A stretch of 64,000 bases of DNA from Catajapyx aquilonaris (Eukaryota). The translations under genes and the position numbers were made by a program. This document shows, piece after piece, positions 53,401 through 64,000 of this stretch (within the stretch, counting starts at the first letter, position 1; each line of letters begins with the position of its first letter). The notes under the pieces are model-generated. The model ran no database searches. It worked only from the letters and a program-made list of their open reading frames with translations, and was not told where the DNA came from. The stretch spans positions 62,001 to 126,000 of the forward strand of contig KZ538011.1 of assembly GCA_000934665.2 (NCBI GenBank), given 5' to 3'.

Positions 53401-55322
53401 GTTTAACGTAACCAGGCTAGTTAGTAATTAACCGCGCGTTGGTGAAACACAGCCCGAATTTTAAGCAGATGACACTGTCTGAATCTGGCTTAAAGCATGG
53501 AATGGCAAATCTTCCATCTCCATCAAAAATATTCAATTTCTGCAGGCACACCTGGCGTCTCAGGAATATCGATGCGTTATGATATTCCATGAAATCCCTC
53601 CGGGAGAACTCAGGCTTTTTTTGATCCGAAAAGCTGTAATCAAATTAAAACTGATGATCGGAGGGAGGGGAGTATTGCAACGGAAGAATTTTTGTACCTA
53701 TCATCGAATCGCAGGGTGGGTGAGGGAAATGGGGGGAGGGAGGGAGGGAGGGAAGAGAACAACTAGCCGAAATTAAAATCGATTTTCCATTTGCGAAGTA
53801 ATGAGGTCCGACATCCTTCCTCCCATTTCCCGAAACACTTTTGACATTTTTGTCGCCTTTAATCCACATGCCATGATTACGTATCTGCTAGAATTTTTTA
53901 ACTTTAAATTTTTTAAATATATATTTATTCCACTGCGGTGTACACCACTTAACTGTTAATGTGATTTCATTGTTTATTCCCGACATATTTCACCTTTGAA
54001 ATCAGATAATCTACAATCTGTGATTGTATCTACTATCATAAGTGTATACAGTATGCAAATAGTGGCCCACGTCTAGACAAGTTTACTTAATACTGTGTAA
54101 ATGACCGCATTATTTATTTATATTTTGGGGGGGAAATTGAGACGGTATTATAAAAGGAGTGGTTTGCATTGCAACCGGTTTTGTGAGCAAGGATAATGTT
54201 GACCCTCCAAAAATAGCAGGCTTCAGCGTTTAAATTGGAATTTTGCAAAAACTCTTGCACAGAAGCGGATCGTGATTGGCGAAGCGCCTGGCGTCAAATT
54301 CGCAAAAGCGAGGCCAGCGAAATCGATTCCTCTTTTGCACACACATCGCATTGGGACGAGTTGGAAAAAGGAAAGGAACGACTCGCCAAAAAGGATGGGA
54401 GATGGGTGGTTGGGGGCTAAGGTTTTCTTTTCCTGGTTTCCAAGGAAGAAGCCCACAAAAGATCGATCCTGCATCCCCTCCCACCCTTCTCTCGCGCTCC
54501 TTTTGCGAGGATTAAGACCTCGCTGAGTGAATTCCTCGAGAGGCCTTGCACAGCAGGTCCTAGTCTCGTGTGAACAGACTGTCACAAGACAAGGACAGGC
54601 GGCCAAAAAAAACGAGTTTGTTTGAACATTGTAAGCGTGTTGTTTCCCACCGCCTTTCAGGGCGACACAATGTCATTAACTAAACTGACAGGTCAGTATT
54701 GGTACGCACCTTGGCTACAAACACTCCGATGAGAGCAGTGGCCAGCTCAGGAGCAGAAGAACCAGCGGCCATGAAGGTAGCTCCAGCCACGTCAGGCGAC
54801 ATGTTGAATGCTGAAAATGGAATTCATTAAGCCAATCCTTCAGAATGATGATAATGATGAAACACTCACATTCGCAGATTCTGTCAAGGGCTGGGACGAA
54901 ATAGTCGTCGCAGATGATGGCCAGTCCGACGAACATGTATACAGTGACCAGAAGATGGATGATGAGTCCACCATGAATCCTGGCACTTTGGCTCATCAAA
55001 GGCTGAGGAAACTGCTCTATGGCCGGAGGGGTGCAGTTCATCTTGTGCGCCAACAGTTGGCGACCTGACGTGCAAAAAAAAATCAGAGGTCATAAAATGC
55101 GGCAGGACTTTGAAGACATGGTGATGTGCTATGATCAGAAGATAGTTGGGATCAATTTTTACACAACAAATTACCTGTCCATGCTTCCGAGAAAGAGTCT
55201 TCTGGAGGATGGTCGTTGTGTGTTTCCATGAGAGAAATGACCCCTCCGTGGACCAAGTTGATCAGCGCGTATCCAAGGTAGATCCATACTATCTTCAGCC
55301 CTCGGTAACGTCTAACACGCAT
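50486..55322 (-). CDS. K+-dependent Na+/Ca2+ exchanger (NCKX/SLC24 family, Drosophila CG1090-like), about 534 aa, 8 coding exons
   Basis: Exons (minus): 55322-55175, 55064-54870, 54810-54710, 52887-52700, 51756-51518, 51436-51137, 51077-50844, 50685-50486. N-terminal hydrophobic signal-like segment; [15 protein letters not shown]; alpha-1 [16 protein letters not shown]...GSAVFNI; alpha-2 [13 protein letters not shown]...[17 protein letters not shown], including the Asp linked to K+ dependence. An acceptor at 55326-55327 implies an upstream exon that I did not locate. Confidence 0.92.
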
Positions 55323-58300
55323 CGCCTGCAATGAAAACAAGCAATATAATTAAACAAAGAGCAATAAGAAAAAAAGAGCGACGTAATGACAATGGTGCCC
55401 AATTGGCATGTATTGGTTCCAGCCATTTCACATTACTGCGGCATTGAGTATCGAATTACAGCAATTAGGCTTTGCGAAAAGTTCCACGCCACCGAATGTG
55501 ATGAGCAGCACAATGTCCTCTTGTTGACGTTCACACTGTACGTATACACAGGCCTCCTAAATTATTTCGAAACGAAACAAAAAAAACACTGACAGTGAGA
55601 GAGAAAAAAAAATGGTTGCCATTGATTTTTCCTCCCTGGGTTGAAAGCGGAGAAACTGTTTTTTTTTTTGCAAGTGGGCTAAGTTACCAAATATTTGTCT
55701 GGAGAGTTGGTGGCTTTAGTTCTTCAGGCTGGCCAATCCAGGCTCTTTGAGAAATATTTTTGACATACGGATGAGTGCATTTGAAAGGTTTTTTTTAGCT
55801 TACATGCTCGTCGCCATAGGAATCGACTTTAATGACACCTTCTAGTACACAGGAACCGTCAGAAAAAAAGCTGCAACAATTATTCAGACCGACACGTACG
55901 AGGCATCAGATCTAAAGCCACATTTCTGCCACACCTCTCGCAAAAAAAGACCTGCAAATATTCAGCAAAACCGTTACCTCACCAGCCTTCCCTCAATTTT
56001 GCCAGACTCGCAGGATTGTGATCCTCTTTATATAAGCTGCTGCCCTGAATTTGAATGGTCTTTGCTACCCTGCCACTGAGTTTATAGGAAGGCTGTGGGT
56101 TTGGAAGTGGGGGCAGCCTTTGCAGATAACAATTTTCCGGTTTATATGCGCCAGGAAGTTGGCGACATTTTTTTATTCGCCTTTTTTTTTGCGAGCCTCT
56201 CGTATAGTATAAGGCGCAGGTGACGCCGGTTTTTGCGGCCGTTTCCTCACAACAGTGCTGGATATCTAACAAGCTGTTCCGTTGCTGTTAAGGGTCGCTA
56301 CTGAAATCCCATTCCGATACTATTTTATCGCTTGTTATTGCCTGTGAGGACTAATTGGAACCAGGTGCAGCACGCTCGTTACATAATTAAGGGCTAATAA
56401 AATGCCCTCCAAACGTTAATAGTTGGTCCCAATTAGCGTGTGTACTCTCCAGGAACAATTTAGTCAGGCTACACCCCGACACTTTGTAGCGACAAAAAAT
56501 TATTGGCTGGATCACAGCATAAATTATTACGCCGCAGGTTAAATATAACCCTGGTTAATTATTGGGAGAACTAGAGCTCCGGCTTGCTGTTCAGGCGGGG
56601 TGGTATCATACATGTGAAATCTCGGCTTAAAAAATTGCGATCTAAATATCATCCTGCGCTGACTGCATGAAACGCCATTTTCCTTTTTCTCCGGTACTCC
56701 ATATATACGTACAGCACCCTCGTTTTGACATTCCACTCTCGACTTTTCAGCCACGCTCAACACACTCGGCTGAAAGAATTTTATGGGCACTGTCAGCCAT
56801 TGTATCCGCATCTGAGCGACACGAAAAATGAAAAGCATATTTGTTCTCCGTCCAATACACGTCACGTGCCCAGAATAATAACCATTGTTATATATGTGCC
56901 GCAAAGGCAAATTGCTGCGTGTCCCATGACTAATATATCGGAACGTTCACTTTTTTTTCCTTTCAATTTTTCTCCTACTTTCTCTTTTGCTGGTGAGTGC
57001 ATTCCCAATGAATTCCGTTGATGAGTGTGCTATTGATTGGAGGTAAACCTTGCTTTTGATGTTGGGTTTCCCAGGAGTTGGTTACAATGTAGCCGGGACC
57101 CACATAAAAGGTAGAGGAGGTGGTTGAAAGGGCGTCGGGGGCGTCGCCGGAAACAAGATAATGCTTTGGAGAACACTCGAGTGGAAAGTCCGGAGACTTT
57201 AGTATGTATAGGAACTGGTGAGAAGTAATATCAGGAAAAAAATAATGTGTGGGTCGCTCCTGAGACGGTAATTTTATTCCCACATTGTGCTGAACATTGT
57301 GTTATGCTTATATATGGGTAATAAAAAGTAACATTGTAAACATGCGAAAATTGGTATAATCGGTCGTTACTGTAATGGCAGAAAAATTACTGTATTTTCT
57401 TGTGCTTACTAACTGCATGATGAAATTTCTCGACTATAGAAGAGAGAGTCACAGAATGCACGATATAAAACTACTGTCGTTACCATGCTCCATTTGATCC
57501 TTTAGCAAATATTGACCCATGTATACTTTGCAGTTTGCCAGGTCGGAAGGAAAAGTTTCATGTCGGATGGCCCCTGGGAGAGAATTGTTTTTCTTTATCC
57601 GCTTGAACTCTGCTCGGCTTATATTTTTTTGAACATGTCTATACTCCACCGGCCGGTTATTATTGGAGAGTTTGAAATTTTTTCTTCTTCTTCAAGTTCT
57701 GCCAGATTTATTGGCCACTTTAACAGCGCTTTATCGTACGAAAGAGTTTTAGAAGTTACAACTGTGTCAAGTGAGGGCATGTCTGCCACCATTTGTAACA
57801 ATAGGATCCGTGCTGTTGGGACTATATGGCACTCACCACTCTTGCAGGATCCAATATCCTTTTCAACTCCTCCGAAAACTCTTGCATCAGCTTGGAAAGA
57901 TCGTAGGTGGGCTTATTGATGTTCTGATATTTAATATCAAGTCTCTACAAAATATAAGTACCTTGCTTCTGTTAGGGAAGATTATTTCCTAACCTTTCTT
58001 ATTAGTAGCCATGGTTACTTAAAGTCAACTTCGCCGACGACCACTGGGCTGCACAGAGAGGCTTTATCTTTAGAAGGTCATGTTGAAACTCCATAGCCCA
58101 ATAGTATAGTTCATTTTTTGTGCGGCTTATATTTCCGTAAAAGGTCGAGATGCGAATCATGTGAGAGATGGGCTTTGAAAATAATGATGTTTCAGTATCA
58201 TGTAAACAACATATACTATTTCCCAAATCTGCCCTTGGTAAATAGGACATACTACGCCAAATATGGAGTCCCAATATGTCTCTTGAATAATTAAAAAAAA

Positions 58301-61300
58301 ATCTCAGTATCGATCACGGCAATCTGCAATCAGTGTACTGCTCAATGTCGACAACTCCCAACCCATTTTTTTATGCATTCAACCCCCATTATTATCATCG
58401 AGCGTGCACACATGATCTGTAAATCAGCAACTTTTCGCAGGAGTTGCGTTCTGCACGTATGGACCAAATTGCCAGCAACAAGGCACAAATTCTAGGACTG
58501 AACATTTGGCACACATACGCACTTCGGGCACACAGCATGCTGTACTATTTCTGAAATAATCCTAGCCCGTCGCTCGATAGTCAAGCCCTGTCCGTACATA
58601 TACTAACAATGAACTCGCTGCATAATTAAATAACGTGGGGACTGCCATGCGGCGACTAAAAAATGCGAAAAAAGAGAGTTAGAGTGCGAACCACCACTTG
58701 AAGCCATTTTGGCCGACATCTAGCGAATCGATAGTCATTAACGACAATCACCATGACAACTGTAAACGTGCTCGGCGTAGTCACAATGTGCGCACCGAAT
58801 AATAGAGAAAGCGAGAGAAGAGGTGTACTATAGAGCAAGACTATAGGGTGTGTGAGTGGGTGGTTTAAAAAAAGGAAAGAAAATTAATAAAAAAAAGGTC
58901 CGTATTTCCCCAGACAGTCACCATGGTGCTTATGGGATCCGCCCGTTTCTCCGCCCAAAACTGAGCTCCAGGGACAAATTGAAAACACGATACGGGCACA
59001 AAGGAGGCCTCTTTTTGACGTACGAGAGACCAGCGACAAAAAAATAAAAAATGAGGCCGCTTTTGTGCCTGCTGAAAATTAAGTCTGAGCATACGCCTTT
59101 TGTCAATGTTTTTTTCCCCGCCCCCGAAGGTTGTAGACATCGTGTTATTCACTCTCGTTTTACCTTAGTCGGTTTCATTTCTATTGAATGAGGTGTGGGC
59201 GTACTCTGCTCCAAATGTGGGAAGAGAGAGAGAGAGTTCAATTACAAGCCCTTGGTGAGAGATTAAACCAAAGCATCCCAGAATTGACTTATGGAGGAAG
59301 CCGCCCTTAACTAACCTGAAAGCTAAGACTAATTAGTCTGCCAAAAGTCTCTCCTCAACCCCTGGTATTTCCGCCAACAAACTTTTGTAAAGGTGGCCTG
59401 AGTTGTCCGGGGAAATTCGGAGATTATCCTGGATCTGCTGATGGATTTGTAATTCGATTATAATTTGTTTCTGCACTTGGAAAACAGACAAGAAACATAT
59501 GCTGAGACAACTTTTCCTTCTTTTCTGTGAAAGTTGACAAACCATACACATCTCAAAATAAAATTATAGCCAGACAATCATGTGGTGGGTCATTCAATCC
59601 ATCAGTTTGTTTACATGCATTTGACCGATAACTCTCTGACATTTTTTTGCATAGTTGATAGCGAAAACGGGGACATGTTATTGCAATAATATTTACATCG
59701 TCTGCATAGTATACGCTGCTGTTTGTGCGGTTCATAAAACATGCAGTCAATTACATGTCTCACGGAGATTGACCTTCATTGGATACGTGCCAGCATCTCA
59801 CTCACGTAACTTTGGCACTTTTAAAAAAATCGCATCAATTTAGTTGCAATGAAAAGTCCCTTAGCATGCAAGCTTTGAGCAAGTTCCCAAGAGGATGAAA
59901 AAGTACAAGTCCTTTTGACAAATCCTTTATAATCCGATGTAATTTGGCCTCTAGTTGAAGGAGTAGAAAAAAATACATCTCCATAAAATCGATTGTTTAA
60001 CAATCTCTGAATTGCAAAGACGAGCTTTATGTAATGGTTCAGATGATTGTTTCTAAAAGATTTTAAAGTAGGTTTTTTTAAAGAGGAAGAACATCCATCT
60101 GTGCTAGCACTGCAGATCTGCACGCCGATAAGTCTCAATAATGTTAATATGGAAATTTCTTTCTCCCGACTCCTTTTAATTACTCTGCAGCCTTAAAATA
60201 GAAAAAAATCTGTAAAATTGTATTAACGAAGTTATTTCATTCTTCCTTATCTTTCTTCAAACCGCGTCTGTATCCGCGTTCTCACTACATGCCAAGTACC
60301 ACAAGAATGTCTTTCCGGCATGAGCAAATACTCCTCTCAAGAAATATTTCCCCCCAATTTATGACAAGGCCACTCCGCCATCAAAGTCACAAAACCACAG
60401 TAACAAAATGACCCCCCCAAGTGTGCAACTTCGCTATCTAAATTAACGATTTTAAAGCCCCAATCTCCTCGTTCTCAAGGGCACACCCCTCTCAAGCTCT
60501 AACAATATATTCATCGGCTGCGGCGATAAACTTTTCCACTCTGACACCGCGGCCACCATAACTCAAGTGGCTGCCATCAGCCCCAAATTACATCCTCTAT
60601 GTTTTTTGGTACGTGTGTAATCGGACAAAACTGCAGTTTCTAACCCACTGACCAAACACCTCAATACTAGCTTTTTTTGCTCTCCCCATCTCCCGGTGAC
60701 AAATCGGGGGTCGTATTCCCCGGGTGTCGAAAAGGTCGGGCCAGCTAGGAAAGAAGGCAACAGAAGGATTTACTTCATACCTTGCTGGTCCCCGAAAGAG
60801 AAGGATCGATCTGGAGACGCCTACGACGCCCCCCCCCCCCTCCCCTTTCAAAATGCGCCGGCGCTCTCATTACAACCCACCAAAACCAAGCCGTTGGCAA
60901 TGTTTCTCCGGGTGTGTATATACCCCAACCCTCCACCACCTTCAAGAGCCTGCCACTCATCGCCCTAAAAGTGGCCCACGAACCTTGCCATTTTATCAGC
61001 TTATTAATATCGCAATCTTCCACAGTGCTCTCTAAAGTTATCAGGTTTATAATAATGTCGAATCTTGCCGGATCGCAACTCATGGCAGGTGTAAAATGAG
61101 AAATGCAAAGGCACTGGACCTGGCCTAGACCGAGTCCAGTTCTAGCTGCCCCAAGGAGAAACACCATAAGTCCAAAAACTAGTAAGGGTTAGAGTCGCAT
61201 GCTTGTCCTGCACTAATCCCTGCTGAGTCAGATTGGATTAGTGCAGGGCATGCACGCGACCTTCACCCTTATTAGTTTTGAAGTTAGGGTGTTTCTCCTT

Positions 61301-63461
61301 TGGACGGCAGAGTTGACAAGTGACCGTGTGAATGAACCGTTTGTCTTTGAGCGTATATTGCTGGCGTGACGAGTAACGGCGGCAAAAGAGCGAATCGAAA
61401 GTTGCCGTCAGTATGACCTCCTTCACTTGATCATAAATATTGGCTGCCATCGGATAGTGGCGCCAGCAGTACGACATCATTAATGTCCCACTACCAAAAA
61501 AATACAACAGTCCGTCGTCCGTGTGAATATATGCGTTTCTACCTGCTGCGGATTGTCCTTTTTTTTCTGATATCGCGTGCCTTTGCGTGTCATTCGATCG
61601 AGATTGATGTCGTGATTCGGTCTCGTCTAGACGTTTTGGTGCCACTACTGACACACTATTATGCGTCATTTGGCCATTGGAAAATCTTTGGGTTGGAGGA
61701 TATTGGGCGACGTTAAGGGAATGACAGGGTTCCATGCTGGTGAAGTTTGAGTGTAAGTGCTCATTCCCCATGATGGATTAAGCTGTAACACGAAGAGTTT
61801 TAGGATTATGCTGGTTTTGATGATGCCTGGCCGTCATTGCTGCTGTATAAATTGCTGGCAGATGCCGTTACGGTATTGTTACATATCAAAATTTGCAGTA
61901 ATTACTCGCCGGATTTGAATTTAATTCCACCGCGACAATAGGTTCGCAGGCTGTGTGCGACTGAAAATGGCGGGTTTGTTGGATTTGTAATGAGCCGTGT
62001 GAACAAAGCGGTCTCTAATTGATGTGAATATTTATTTTCGTTGTAAATCGGATATTTCAACCTCTTTGAATTCAGTAGTAGAATGATACATTACACGAAA
62101 GTTTACATATATTTGACACATCTCGCAGCTACTTACGTACAGTACAAAAGCAATTTGAGGAAAATCATTACTTAAGGCCAAGTATATTCACAAAAATGGC
62201 AGATATTCTCATTCGCGTCCATATGCCACAGGCCTTTTGTCGTGCAGTGTAAACTTGACAACTCACGCTATAGTGGGCATTGATAAATTAATTGCAGTCA
62301 GACTGAAGTTAAATTAATTAAATATGCAATGAAAATGTACCTGATTAATAATACAACGCAACGGTCTAAAAATGCACAACTCTAATTAGCACAAGTCCTT
62401 CGAAGGCACACAAATGCGCATACGATCTTAGGCATGTAATTAACTATTAAACTACTCGTAGAGTACCAGAAGGGTGTATCAATAAATTAACTTCCGTACG
62501 TAGGATTAAAAGGACCAAATGAGGCATTATTTATTAATTAATTCAGCTGACCTTTTGCTATACGTTTGTAACCTATTACTCAAACTGAATTATTTTGTCA
62601 TCCCTTTCAACAAGGTAAGAAAGTATAATATTAACATTCACAGTTTAAATAATTTTCTAACATATTATTGAAACCCCTGTAAATTTGATCAAATTGGAGA
62701 GCCAGGATCTGCAATTTGTGTGTCATAAAATTATAAGCTTTTGCGCTCTGTTGACATGTTCTTTCATGACTATTTGTTCTCATGACTTTTGCATTGATAT
62801 AATGACACGAGACCATAATACGAACTTCCCACTGAATTTAATTTCTGCAATAATAATTATGAATAATACTGTCCAAAATTTACAGTCCTGGTCCATATTT
62901 AAATTAAATTATTCAGTAGTCAATTTAACCCAAACTATTAATAGCTGGCCTAATTATGCAAAAATTCGGCGAAATCGCAATGTTTACTTAATCTAAATGA
63001 AGTGCCAAAACCTTATATCAAAACCGTCTAAACATCACACGCCTTTAATTGGTCAAACTGCTGCAGGGCACGTAATTAAACACACACTCACAAACACCAT
63101 CAACTCCCCGCTCCGCTACCTGACTTAAGAGCCACGCAAAAAAATAAACCATCCTCTCCATTGCTAATTAACTTACACCCCCTCCTTCTTTTCCCGAAAA
63201 ACCAAATTACAACATTCGCCGCATTATTTTAAAAAAATATGTCCAACGTCTCGGATCCACCTCCGGTAATCGAATTACTTGATTCGATAACGAGTCCTGC
63301 TGTAAATATTCTTCACTCTCTCTCTCTCTCTCGAGAGAGAGAGAGACACTGCTGGTTATACAGACTTGATGGAGACATCGTTTGGCTAAATGGAGCCGGC
63401 TACGTAATGGAGAGGCATGCACACTACAGCACCACCCTTTAACCTACACTGCCCCCCCCCC

Positions 63462-63586
63462 NNNNNNNNNNNNNNNNNNNNNNNNNNNNNNNNNNNNNNN
63501 NNNNNNNNNNNNNNNNNNNNNNNNNNNNNNNNNNNNNNNNNNNNNNNNNNNNNNNNNNNNNNNNNNNNNNNNNNNNNNNNNNNNNN
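63462..63586. other. Assembly gap (N run) next to a poly-C tract; a smaller gap lies at 38126-38135
   Basis: Runs of N in the sequence. Confidence 0.99.
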
Positions 63587-64000
63587 ACCCTGCTAGAAGG
63601 CAAGAAATCCTGTTGGAAACGGGCTGGTTTTTTGATGTAGAAAGTTGTGTTTAAAAAATCACGGTGAAAAAAAAATAGGGGGGGGGGGGGTTAAGGATGG
63701 CGGCAGATGTGTAAATTTTTTGGAGAGAGTAAAAAAAAGGGGGAGGTAATGTAGGCTTAATGGAGCGGTGGTAATGTGCCGACTCCTTCAAGACGCCAAT
63801 CATTTCCCCATGGGAGGGAGAGGATGGAGACTGCTAAAACATCTCTTGATCGATCCCTTAGCAAAGAGCATGGGAGGAAAACCGCACTAGAATTCGCGAT
63901 GAGGAAGAGGAACCACCCAGGAGTTTGGAGGAAACTATACTGGAGGAAGCACAAACGATGAAAAGAAGAAAAAAATGAAGGAGCGGTATCGGGAGTGCAG

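Noticed and set aside
61238..61771. 177-aa ORF upstream of NCKX
   Set aside because: No recognisable domain or supporting splice structure; likely chance.
1..64000. Prokaryotic-type systems (CRISPR arrays, operons) and rRNA/tRNA genes
   Set aside because: I saw no regularly spaced repeats or recognisable structural RNA genes; the window is spliceosomal eukaryotic DNA.

Overview
Eukaryotic, intron-rich animal DNA; the proteins most resemble arthropod orthologues, but I cannot name the species. There are three host genes. (1) On the minus strand, a near-intronless Shaker/Kv1-derived gene (5651-7456) keeps its T1 domain and voltage sensor but has a rewritten pore: filter TTVGYG->TTLGSP, pore-helix WW->EW, S6 gate PVP->TTA. 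(2) On the plus strand, a 20-coding-exon dual-GAF cGMP phosphodiesterase (arthropod Pde6 type, about 983 aa, ending in CaaX CTVS) spans 12562-46109. (3) On the minus strand, an 8-coding-exon K+-dependent Na+/Ca2+ exchanger (NCKX/SLC24, CG1090-like, about 534 aa) spans 50486-55322, convergent with the PDE. PDE intron 5 holds a Ginger-like TIR DNA transposon (33823-37661) with a spliced, frameshifted integrase gene. That gene's intron holds a MITE, which in turn holds a TSD-flanked retroposon fragment. The best candidate for new biology is the pore-altered but intact Shaker paralogue. Exon boundaries were read by hand from GT/AG sites and frame continuity, and comparisons with reference proteins are from memory rather than a database search.
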